DNA of 64,000 nt, from assembly GCA_963745475.1 (NCBI GenBank), contig CAVUXN010000006.1, positions 383,718-447,717 on the forward strand, given 5' to 3'. The stretch comes from an uncultured delta proteobacterium. Its GTDB lineage: Bacteria > Myxococcota > Myxococcia > Myxococcales > Myxococcaceae. The translations under genes and the position numbers were made by a program. Positions within the stretch are counted from its first letter, which is position 1. The number at the start of each line of letters is the position of its first letter. Positions 1 through 8,424 of this stretch are shown here, in pieces. A model generated the notes under the pieces. It did no database searches. It saw only the letters and a program-made list of their open reading frames with translations, and had not been told where the DNA came from.

Positions 1-295
1 AGAGGGCGTCGTTGAAGATGTTCTTCTGCAACGTCTTCACGCAGGCCCGGCTGGCCCACACCGTCACCGGATGCTCGCGGCGTCCCACCATGAGGTCCGC
101 GAGCAGCGGCAAGTCCTTCACATGGTCGAAGTGGCTGTGGGTGAGGATGATGTGGTCCACCCGCGCCAGAGCGTCGAGGTCCAAGCTCGCGCAGAGCGCG
201 CCCGCGTCGAGGGCGAGCACCCCGTCCACGAGGAAGCACGTGGTGCGGCAGTCGGGCAATTCGCCGCCGTGGCAGCCGAGGACAGTGAGCTTCAC
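1..295 (-). CDS. class II 3',5'-cyclic-nucleotide phosphodiesterase (metallo-beta-lactamase fold), N-terminal part only; the gene runs off the left edge
   Basis: My own minus-strand translation from GTG at 295 reads VKLTVLGCHGGELPDCRTTCFLVDG...ILTHSHFDHVKDLPLL...LQKNIFNDAL. It has an HxHxDH metal motif and the NIFND segment typical of class II cAMP phosphodiesterases. It starts 5 nt after the stop of the Crp-like gene. It is absent from the ORF track because it is truncated. Confidence 0.65.
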   Translation of the reverse strand, partial: MKLTVLGCHGGELPDCRTTCFLVDGVLALDAGALCASLDLDALARVDHIILTHSHFDHVKDLPLLADLMVGRREHPVTVWASRACVKTLQKNIFNDAL

Positions 296-300
296 GGGAG

Positions 301-951
301 TTAGAGGTCTCCGAACTTCCAACGCATTTCGAGGTAATGCAGGTACTCGTCCAGCCGCGCCGTGTCCCGAACGGTGAGACGGTCCCCAGCATGCTCTAAG
401 AGTCCGGAACGTTCGAGACGCTCGAGCAGGCTTTTCACCCCGGGCTCTCCTACCCCGGTGAGCCGCGAAAGCTCCTTGAGCTGAAAGTCAATCTCCACGC
501 CCTCTTCGACGGCGCGACCGCGCGTTTGACAAGCGTTGAGCAGGTGGTGCACCACGCGGCTCCCGGGGTCGGCCAACAGCAGGGTCTCAATCTCAGCGTC
601 GGCTTCGGAGAGCCTCTCGGCCAGCTTCTTAATCATCCGGACGGCAATCTCGGCGTTCCCCCGAATCATCCCCTCGAACGTCTTGGGGTCAATCACCAGG
701 AGCCTGGCCGCTGCGGCCACGGTGGCCGTGGCGTTGCGCGGCTTGTTGGAGATGAGCGCCATCTCCCCGAAGAATTCGCCCGGGCCGAGGACGGCCAGCG
801 TCTTCTCGGTGTCGCGCACCTTCTTGGTGATGATGACTTTGCCGGCCTGCAGCACGTACATCTCCTTGCCGGCCTCTCCCTCGCGGAAGAGGACGGTGGA
901 CTTGGGGAATTCCTTCCCGAAGCGCTGGAAGAGGGCGTCCTCGGCGCTCAT
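301..951 (-). CDS. Crp/Fnr-family cyclic-nucleotide-binding transcriptional regulator
   Basis: This is the C-terminal 216 aa of ORF 301..1623, starting at MSAEDALFQRF (ATG 951). GPGEFFGEMALIS..RNATA is a cNMP-binding beta-barrel motif, and the C-terminal LKELSRLTGVGEPGVKSLLERLERSGLL looks like a winged HTH. The upstream part of the ORF is Gly/Arg-rich and looks like a GC artefact. Confidence 0.85.
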   Translation of the reverse strand: MSAEDALFQRFGKEFPKSTVLFREGEAGKEMYVLQAGKVIITKKVRDTEKTLAVLGPGEFFGEMALISNKPRNATATVAAAARLLVIDPKTFEGMIRGNAEIAVRMIKKLAERLSEADAEIETLLLADPGSRVVHHLLNACQTRGRAVEEGVEIDFQLKELSRLTGVGEPGVKSLLERLERSGLLEHAGDRLTVRDTARLDEYLHYLEMRWKFGDL

Positions 952-1058
952 GGAGCGGGTCGACTCAGGGACAAGAGTATTTAAGCGGACGTGCGTCCGG
1001 TCAACGAAGCGGACGGGGCGGACATGCCCCCACGCGGTCTCCAACCCGCGCCGGACCA

Positions 1059-3414
1059 TCATTTTACCACCCCTGCGGACGCCGCATCCCAGTCCGGGCC
1101 TGGGGGCGACAGCCGGAGGAAGGCCACCTCCTCGAGGTAGCGCCGCGTGGGCCCGTCTGCGGGCCAGTGTCGCAACACCGCCTGGAAGCGCTCTTCCGCT
1201 TCCTCGAAGTCCCGGGCGGAGAAGGCGTCCACGCCCGCTTCGAAGTGGGCCACCGCCTCCGCCTCTTGCGGCAGCGCCGGACCGAGGTGTCGGAGCTCGT
1301 ACACCTGTGTGGGCTGCTGCTTCCCGCGCACCCGCACGGCACCCAGTCGCCGGCCGCACACCTCGGCGCGCACCCGGACAAACGTCTCCTCGGAGAGGAG
1401 GACGCGGGTGCCAAACAGCTTGTTCGCCCCCTCCAGGCGACTGGCGAGGTTCACCGCATCCCCCATCACCGTGTAGTCGAAGCGGACGTCGGAGCCCATG
1501 TTGCCCACCACCATCGGCCCGGTGTTGATGCCCACCCCAATCTCCACTTCCCCCACCCCCTCGGCCACCCACCCCGGCCGGAGGCGCTCCACTTCCTCGA
1601 GAAACCGCATCGCCGCACGGCACGCCCGCAGGGCGTGGTCCTCCTGCGCCACGGGTGCGCCCCAGAAGGCCATCACTGCGTCGCCGATGTACTTGTCCAG
1701 CGTGCCCCCCTCCTCGAAGACAATATTTGTCATTGGGGTCAGGTAGTTGTTGACGAAGCGCACCAGCGCCTCAGGGGCGGTGCGCTCGGCGATGCCGGTA
1801 AAGCCGCGGATGTCGCTGAAGAGGACGGTGAGCTCCCGCTTCTCGCCGCCAAGCTTCAGGTGCTCGGGGTGCTCGAGCATCTCCGTCATTACCGGCTCAC
1901 TCAGGTAGTAGCGAAACGTCCGCCTCAGCCTCAGCTTCTCTCGGTCCGTCGAGAGCCAGCCAAGCAGGGTGACCGCGGAGGCCACGCCGAGGACCCCCAA
2001 CGCCGGAAGCACGAGCGAAAGCTGAAGGCCCCAGCGCAACAGCAGCTGTCCAAGGAGCCACCAACAGGCCAAAAGCCCCAAGGGAAGCGCGACCCGCCAG
2101 CCCGCGCCCACCCGGGGTAGGACGTAGGCCAGCACCAGCGCCCCCCCGAGGAGAAAGGCCATCTCCAGCCAGCGAAGCCAAGGCCCCCGCTGGAGGTAGT
2201 GCCCTGAGAGGATGGCGGAGAGCATGGCCGCGTGGGCGAAGACGCCCGGCTCCACCTCCCGGAAGGGCGTCACCACCTGGTCGAAGGCCCCCAGAAGCGT
2301 CACCCCCACCAAGACGGCTTTGCCCTGAGAGCTCCTGGGCGGCCGGCGTTCCCGCCAGGACGTCCGCCATGGACACCGTCGGCACCACCGCGGCCGCTCC
2401 CAACCAGGGAATGCGCGCGTACGCCTCGTGCACCTCGTTCGGCACCTCCCGCACCACCTCCGAGCCTTTGCGCAGCCGTGCCCCCACCACCCGCTGCAAC
2501 AGCGGGTCCCAGGCCGGCTCCACCTGCGCCCCCAACAGCACCGCCGCCGTTTGCAACTCCAGGCTGGGGAGGAGCCCCTCGGGCGCCTCCAGTTGGATGA
2601 AGAGGGGCGTCCTGCGCAGGACGCCGTCCGGGTCGAGCTTCACCATGTAGTGCCCGAGGCGCGTCTCGGGGCGCACAAACATTGAAAGCGGGGCCTGCGC
2701 CGCGCGGTAACGGTCGGCCAGCCAAGCCGAGAGGGGAATTTGGTAGCGCGCGGACTGGTGCGCCATGGGGAAGGTGGTGAGGAGCTTGGGAGCCAGCGTC
2801 GCAGCGTCCGCCGCGGCGCGGGCGGCAAAGTCCGCGGCCTCGGCGTCGCGGTAGGCCGCCACGCCCTGGACGACGTTGGCCGGAGCGAGTGCCTGGGCGA
2901 GCTCGGCGTCGGGGTCCTCCTGCGTCCGAAGCAGCACCGCGCGGCGCACGGGCTCGAGGGCTGCGCGCTCCGGCTCGGGGAGCGTCTGGAGTTGGGCGTC
3001 GAGCTCGGCCAGCACCCTCGTCCAGGGCCCGGGCGCGGCCTCGTCGGTAAACGTCATGTCCAGCCCCACCGCTCCGGGCTTCAGCGCCTCCAGCCGGCCG
3101 AGCGCCTGGGCCAGGAGCTCCCGAGGCCACGGCCAGCGGCCGTGTCGCTGGACGCTTTTCTCGTCGATGGCCACCACCCGGAGCTCCGCGGCGGGGGGCA
3201 CCGGGCCCCGCATGAGGAATTGGAGGTCCCCCGCTTTCCCCTCGGCCGAAGCCAGGGCCCGCAGCAGCACTTCGCGGGCCCCCGCAGGGCCGCTGGCCCC
3301 GTCCGTGAGCGGGGCGCCGTCAAACCAGAGGTGCAGCGCGGCCACCGCCAACGCCACGCCCAAGGCGAGGAGCTCGTAGCGCCGGGCGAGGAGCAGCTTG
3401 CGGAGGCGTTCCAT
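1059..3414 (-). pseudogene. CHASE2-sensor class III adenylate/guanylate cyclase; reading frame interrupted near 2322-2325
   Basis: ORF 1897..3546, from MERLRKLLL (ATG 3414), gives the CHASE2 N-terminus (VVAIDEKSVQRHGRWPWPRELLA, GLDMTFTDE). ORF 1059..2312 gives the CHASE2 TM helices and the cyclase domain (LTVLFSDIRGFT, KYIGDAVMAFWGAP, GINTGPMVVGNMGS, YTVMGDAVNLASRLE). The two frames join cleanly as ...AQELSG/KAVLVGVTLLGAFDQ if one nt is removed. Confidence 0.8.
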
Positions 3415-3526
3415 GTGCGGGCCGAGCGGGAGAAAGGCCTCCCCTTGCAGGCAGTCTCCCCCAACCGGGCGCTCCCGGGCGCATCCAATTCCTCCCCCCG
3501 CCCGGGCGCCCAATGGCGTACAAGGA

Positions 3527-4573
3527 GTGCCACCCGTGGGGACCACCTACAAGGACTCGGGGGTCGACATCGACGCCGGGGATGCGCTCGTGGAGCGCAT
3601 CCGCCCCCTGGCCGCGCGCACCCTCCGGCCGGAGGTGCTGTCCGGCGTCGGAGGTTTTGGCGGCCTCTTTGCGCTTCCCCCCGGGCGCTGGAAGGAGCCC
3701 GTCCTGGTGGCTGGGACTGACGGGGTGGGCACCAAGTTGAAGGTGGCCTTCTCTGCGGGCCGCCACGCCACCATCGGCATCGACTTGGTGGCCATGAGCG
3801 TCAACGACGTCCTCACCTCCGGCGCCGAGCCGCTCTTCTTCCTGGACTACTTCGCCACCTCGCGGCTGGACGTGACGCAGGCGGCGGCCGTGGTGTCCGG
3901 CGTGGCGGAGGGGTGTGCCCAGGCCGGGTGCACGTTGCTCGGCGGGGAAACCGCGGAGCTCCCCGGCTTCTACGCACGCGGGGAATACGACTTGGCGGGC
4001 TTCTGCGTGGGCGTGGTGGAGCGGGCCTCCCTCATTACCGGCAAGTCCATATGTCCCGGCGATGCGCTTCTGGGACTCGCCTCCTCCGGCCTTCACTCCA
4101 ACGGCTATTCGCTGGCGCGACGAGTGCTGCTGGAGGACGCCCGGCTCTCCCTCGACGCCCACGTCGAGGGCCTGCAGCGCACCCTCGGAGAGGAGTTGCT
4201 CGAGCCCACGCGCATTTATGTGAAGGACGTCCTCGCCCTGTGCCGGACAGTGGAGGTGCGTGGGCTGGCCCACATTACGGGCTCCGGCATCCCCGGCAAC
4301 GTGCCGCGCTGCCTGCCGGATGGAACGCGCGCCGTGTTGCACGCGAGTCGCTGGCCGCGGCCGCCACTGTTTGACGTCATCGCCCGACTGGGCCACGTCG
4401 CGCCCGCGGAGATGCTGTCCACCTTCAACATGGGCCTGGGGATGGTGTGCGTCCTGCCGGAGAAAGACGTCCCGGCGGCGCTGGCGCTTTTGCACACCCG
4501 CGGCGTCTCGGCCTTTGACGTGGGGCGCGTGGAGGCCGCCAGTGGCGAGCCAACGGCGGTCGTTCTCCCATGA
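3527..4573 (+). CDS. purM: phosphoribosylformylglycinamidine cyclo-ligase (AIR synthetase)
   Basis: Contains TYKDSGVDIDAGDALVERI, GGFGGLF, VAGTDGVGTKLK and DLVAMSVNDVL. The start is uncertain (in-frame GTG at 3527 or 3536). The ATG at 3398 would overlap the divergent cyclase gene. Confidence 0.9.
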   Translation: MPPVGTTYKDSGVDIDAGDALVERIRPLAARTLRPEVLSGVGGFGGLFALPPGRWKEPVLVAGTDGVGTKLKVAFSAGRHATIGIDLVAMSVNDVLTSGAEPLFFLDYFATSRLDVTQAAAVVSGVAEGCAQAGCTLLGGETAELPGFYARGEYDLAGFCVGVVERASLITGKSICPGDALLGLASSGLHSNGYSLARRVLLEDARLSLDAHVEGLQRTLGEELLEPTRIYVKDVLALCRTVEVRGLAHITGSGIPGNVPRCLPDGTRAVLHASRWPRPPLFDVIARLGHVAPAEMLSTFNMGLGMVCVLPEKDVPAALALLHTRGVSAFDVGRVEAASGEPTAVVLP

Positions 4574-5229
4574 CGGGGAGGCGCGCGTTGGCGGTGTTGG
4601 TGTCCGGGAATGGAAGCAACCTCCAGGCGCTCCTCGACGCCAGCGCCGCGCCCAGCTTCCCGGCACGCGTCGCTGTGGTGCTCTCCAACCTCGAGGGCGT
4701 CCGAGCGCTCGAGCGGGCCCGGGCGGCCGGAGTGCCGACGGTGGTGGTGCCCCACGAGGCCCACCCGACGCGTGCCGCCTACGACGCTGCGCTGTTGGCG
4801 GCCCTCGCCCCTTACCGGCCCGACGTCGCCTGCCTCGCGGGCTTCATGCGGCTGGTGGGAGGGGCCTTTCTGCGCGCCTTCCCCTTGGGCGTCGTCAACA
4901 TCCACCCCTCCCTCCTGCCGAGCTTCCCCGGCCTCCACGCCGTGCGGCAGGCCCTCCAACACGGGGCCAAGGTGTCCGGGTGCACGGTGCACCTCGTCGA
5001 CGAAGGGACGGACACGGGTCCCATCCTCGCCCAGGCCGCCGTCCCCGTCTTGGACACGGACAGCGAGGAGAGTTTGGGCGCGCGCATCCAGCAGCAGGAG
5101 CACCGCCTCTACCCACTGGCGGTGAGGCTACTCGTCACCGGCGCCGTCCAGCGCACCGGGCGTCGCGTCGTCGGCGGGGCAACGCCCGAGGCGACTGGTC
5201 TCGCACTCCTCAACCCGGGCCTCGGCTAG
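4570..5229 (+). CDS. purN: phosphoribosylglycinamide formyltransferase
   Basis: Contains LAVLVSGNGSNLQALLDA, LAGFMRL, VNIHPSLLPSFPG and GCTVHLVDEGTDTGPIL. There is an ATGA start/stop overlap with purM. Confidence 0.92.
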   Translation: MTGRRALAVLVSGNGSNLQALLDASAAPSFPARVAVVLSNLEGVRALERARAAGVPTVVVPHEAHPTRAAYDAALLAALAPYRPDVACLAGFMRLVGGAFLRAFPLGVVNIHPSLLPSFPGLHAVRQALQHGAKVSGCTVHLVDEGTDTGPILAQAAVPVLDTDSEESLGARIQQQEHRLYPLAVRLLVTGAVQRTGRRVVGGATPEATGLALLNPGLG

Positions 5230-5235
5230 AGCACC

Positions 5236-6729
5236 ATGGCCCGTCTTCCGGACAAGCCCCGCTTCGCTGCGGCGCCCAGCGCGCGCGTCTACGACGCCAT
5301 CGTCCTCGGGCCCACGCTTTCCGGCGCCTTCGCCGCGGCCCTCCTCGCCCGCCGCGGCTTGCGCGTGCTGTGGGCCGAGCACGGAGGCCCGGGCCTCTCC
5401 TACACCCACCAGGGCTTCCTCTGGCCCACCCGGGCCCTCCCGTTGCCCTCCCCCCGGAGGGTGCCGCCGCTTGAGGACGCCCTCAGCGAGCTCGGGCTCA
5501 CCACGCAGGTGTCGCGCGGCTTAACTCCGTTGGCGCCGCCGCTACAGCTGCTTCTGCCACGGCACCGGCTGGACTTGCCCCTGGACGACGCCCGGCGACT
5601 CGCGGAATGTCGGCGCGAATTTGGCCGAGGCGGGGCGCACCTGGCCGAGGCGGTGAAGCAGTTGCTGGCGGCGCACGTCCCGACGGACGGTTTTCTGCGG
5701 ACGCCCGAGGCCCTTCCCGCCTCGGGCCTCTTGGCCCGCTGGCGGCTGCGCCGCGCGCTGAAGGCGTGGCCTGCGCTGGCGGCCGCCTCGCCCCTCTCAG
5801 AGGCGGAGCCCGCCGAGCACCTCCTCTCCCGGGCCACGCCCTTCCTCGTCTACCAGGACGGCCCGGGCCCCTTGGCTGTCCAACGAAGCCTGGGGCAGCT
5901 GCTGGCCGGCCCGCGGCGCTTTCCCGGGAGCTGGGCCGGCCTGTACGAGGTGCTTCGTCACCGCTTCGAGGAGTTGGGTGGCACCCTGCTCCCGGCAGAA
6001 ACCCTTCCCGGCGCTGGCGTGCAAGCCCTCAGCGTCGAGGGCGGACGGCCGGTGGGCCTCGAGGTGCGCGGTTCCGAGGCCACCCACCGGGCAGCCTTCG
6101 TCCTCTCGACACTGGACGACGTCGCGCTCCTCCCGCTTCTTCCCGAGTCCCTCTCCGCGGGGAAAGCCAGGATGCGGCCGGCGACGCCCACCCATGCCGT
6201 CCTCGCCGTGCACTGGGCACTTCCCGTCTCTGCGCTACCCCAAGGTTTGGGAGAGCTCCTCCTCGCCGACGATGGAGAGGGCCTGGGCGCCATCCTCCTC
6301 CAGGTGGGGCCCGTCCGCCGTCCCGACGCCCGCAGCGAGGAGGCCGGTCTGCGCCTGGTGACGGCCGCGGCCGTCGTGCCGCCAGACGTCGAGCCGGGCC
6401 TTGTCCAGGGCCACGTCAAGCGGCTCGAGGACGCCATGGAGCGGCTCTTGCCCTTCGCGCGCGCCCAACGGCTGGCGAGCTCCGTCCCACAACTCGACGC
6501 CCCACGGCGGGCGGACGGCCTTTTGCTTCACCCGCTGTGGCCTCCGGCCGCGAAGGCGGCCTGGGCCGGGCAGGGCCTCTCCCCTTCCACGCCTTGGCCG
6601 ACGCTGCTTCGCGCAGGCCGCGAGGTGTGCCCCGGGTTGGGCCTCGAAGGGGAGCTCCTGGCCGCCCTGGGGGCGGCCGCACGCGTCCAAAAAGGGACCC
6701 AAGGGAAAGGCAAGGCCCCGAGGAGGTAG
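5236..6729 (+). CDS. hypothetical protein with a phytoene-desaturase-like FAD/NAD(P)-binding N-terminus
   Basis: 497-aa ORF. The N-terminus [33 protein letters not shown] resembles a Rossmann beta-alpha-beta unit, but with a degenerate GxGxxG. The rest is Ala/Leu/Pro-rich with no motif I recognise. Confidence 0.5.
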   Translation: MARLPDKPRFAAAPSARVYDAIVLGPTLSGAFAAALLARRGLRVLWAEHGGPGLSYTHQGFLWPTRALPLPSPRRVPPLEDALSELGLTTQVSRGLTPLAPPLQLLLPRHRLDLPLDDARRLAECRREFGRGGAHLAEAVKQLLAAHVPTDGFLRTPEALPASGLLARWRLRRALKAWPALAAASPLSEAEPAEHLLSRATPFLVYQDGPGPLAVQRSLGQLLAGPRRFPGSWAGLYEVLRHRFEELGGTLLPAETLPGAGVQALSVEGGRPVGLEVRGSEATHRAAFVLSTLDDVALLPLLPESLSAGKARMRPATPTHAVLAVHWALPVSALPQGLGELLLADDGEGLGAILLQVGPVRRPDARSEEAGLRLVTAAAVVPPDVEPGLVQGHVKRLEDAMERLLPFARAQRLASSVPQLDAPRRADGLLLHPLWPPAAKAAWAGQGLSPSTPWPTLLRAGREVCPGLGLEGELLAALGAAARVQKGTQGKGKAPRR

Positions 6730-6796
6730 GGGCCTGGCATTGGCCTTAAAATTCGGTTATGCGCAGGCCCCCTCCGCCGTCTGTCCTGAGGAAGTC

Positions 6797-6988
6797 ATGG
6801 CCTGGAAGTGTGACATTTGTGGCAAGCGCCCCCTGGTGGGCAACAACGTCAGCCACGCCAACAACAAGACGAAGACTCGCTCGCTGCCGAATCTGCAGAA
6901 GCTGCGGGCCACTGTCGACGGGCGCACGCAGCGCGTCCTGGCGTGCACCCGCTGCATCAAAGCGGGCAAGGTGGTGAAAGCCGCCTAA
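6797..6988 (+). CDS. rpmB: 50S ribosomal protein L28
   Basis: [59 protein letters not shown]. This is the last 63 aa of ORF 6401..6988, with ATG at 6797. Confidence 0.93.
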   Translation: MAWKCDICGKRPLVGNNVSHANNKTKTRSLPNLQKLRATVDGRTQRVLACTRCIKAGKVVKAA

Positions 6989-7001
6989 GTGCGGCCACGT
7001 C

Positions 7002-7922
7002 TTGCGCGTTGCGCTCCTCTTCATCGACGGGGTGGGCGTCGGGCTGAAGGACCCCGCCGTCAACCCCCTGGCACGCGAAGCGTTTCTGCTTTCCCAGTTT
7101 GAGGACGGCCCAGGCACGCCCCTGCCCGGCGGCGAGCTGTCCCTGGTGGACGCCACCTTCGGAATGGCCGGCCGCCCGCAGTCGGCCTCCAACCAGACGG
7201 CCCTCCTCACCGGACTTCCGGCGCCCACCCTCGTGGGCCGCCACGTCCTCGGTTACCCGGACGCGCCTCTTCGGGCCCTGTTGGCCGAGCACTCCCTGGT
7301 GAAGCGGCTGGTGGAGGCGGGACGTCTGGCCACCTTTGCCAACGCCTACCCCGCCGGCTACCTCCGCGCCCTCGGGTTGCCCCACGCCCCGGGGGGTGCC
7401 CAGGACGTGGACATTCCGGCCCGCGCCCGTCGGCGGCTCAAGCCCTCGGCCTCCACCGCCGCCTTCGCCGCCGGCGGCGTGCCCTTGCGCACGCTGGACG
7501 CGCTCCGGGCCGGCGAGGCGCTGGCCCATGACGTCACCGGAGCCCGGGGCTTGGCCCGGGGGCTGGACATGCCCCTGCGGACGCCGGGCGAGGCGGCGCG
7601 CATTTTCTGGCGGCTGGCCGAGGGCATGGACTTCACCCTCTTCGAGCACTTCGCGGCGGACGAGGCGGGGCACGCCCAGGACGCGGAGGCCGCCGTGGAG
7701 GCGCTGCGCTGCTTCGACGTCTTCGTCCGCGAGGTGGTGGCCCTTCGGCCGAGGGACGTCCGGGTGTTGGTGACCAGCGACCATGGCAACGTGGAGGACT
7801 TGAGGACGCGCAACCACACCCGAGCCCCGGTGCCGCTTCTGGCCTTTCCGCCCTTGGCCGGGACGGCGCGGCCCTCCACCGTGGCCGAGGTCGGGACGCT
7901 GCTCCTGCAAGCCGGGGCCTAA
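7002..7922 (+). CDS. alkaline-phosphatase-superfamily metalloenzyme (cofactor-independent phosphoglycerate mutase / phosphopentomutase-like)
   Basis: FIDGVGVG near the N-terminus, a GRPQSASNQT nucleophile-like segment and VTSDHGNVED near the C-terminus. TTG start at 7002. Confidence 0.6.
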   Translation: MRVALLFIDGVGVGLKDPAVNPLAREAFLLSQFEDGPGTPLPGGELSLVDATFGMAGRPQSASNQTALLTGLPAPTLVGRHVLGYPDAPLRALLAEHSLVKRLVEAGRLATFANAYPAGYLRALGLPHAPGGAQDVDIPARARRRLKPSASTAAFAAGGVPLRTLDALRAGEALAHDVTGARGLARGLDMPLRTPGEAARIFWRLAEGMDFTLFEHFAADEAGHAQDAEAAVEALRCFDVFVREVVALRPRDVRVLVTSDHGNVEDLRTRNHTRAPVPLLAFPPLAGTARPSTVAEVGTLLLQAGA

Positions 7923-7947
7923 CCGGGGGGCGGCTTCGCCCCTCGCC

Positions 7948-8406
7948 TCAGCGCGCGGGCTCGAGCTTTCCCGGCCGGCGGAGCATCTTCTCGATGGCCG
8001 AAATGTGCACCTCCTCGTCGTGCACCATCTTTCGGGCGTACTCCTCGAGCATGATGTCCTTGTCCCGGACGAGTTCCAGAAGCTTTCGGTAGGCGTCGAC
8101 GCCCTCCTGCTCGTGCTCCATGGCCTCGCGCAAAATCTGGTCGATGTCGTGCCGGTGCGTCTCCAGCAGCTTGCCAATGCGCAGCGAGGGGTGCCCGCCC
8201 ATGGCGGTGATGTGCTCGCCAGCGGCCAGCGCGTGCGTCAGGCCTTCGTCGGCCTGTGTCCGCATCCAAGAGACAATGGGAATGCGGGCGTGCCCGAAGA
8301 CCATCAGTGAATAGTGGGCGTAGCGCACCACGCCCGCGAGCTCGATTTCGAGAATGCGGTTGAGGACGTCGAGAACCGTCTTCTCGTTCAAAACCCGTAG
8401 TGCCAT
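7948..8406 (-). CDS. ferritin-like / bacterioferritin-family protein
   Basis: 152 aa with a four-helix pattern. Di-iron-type acidic/His positions are present (EIELAG, DEGLTH, EHEQEG, DEEVHI). An AAGGAG SD sits upstream, 18 nt after the TldD-like stop. Confidence 0.75.
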   Translation of the reverse strand: MALRVLNEKTVLDVLNRILEIELAGVVRYAHYSLMVFGHARIPIVSWMRTQADEGLTHALAAGEHITAMGGHPSLRIGKLLETHRHDIDQILREAMEHEQEGVDAYRKLLELVRDKDIMLEEYARKMVHDEEVHISAIEKMLRRPGKLEPAR

Positions 8407-8424
8407 GCCAGCGACTCCTTTGGG

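Noticed and set aside
952-1623. N-terminal extension of ORF 301..1623 (440 aa)
   Set aside because: The sequence is Gly/Arg/Ala-rich and overlaps the 3' end of the cyclase gene in another frame. The Crp-like domain starts cleanly at ATG 951.
7948-8406. Ferritin-like gene as cargo of an encapsulin system
   Set aside because: There is no encapsulin shell (HK97-fold) gene nearby, and no obvious C-terminal targeting peptide beyond a short basic tail.
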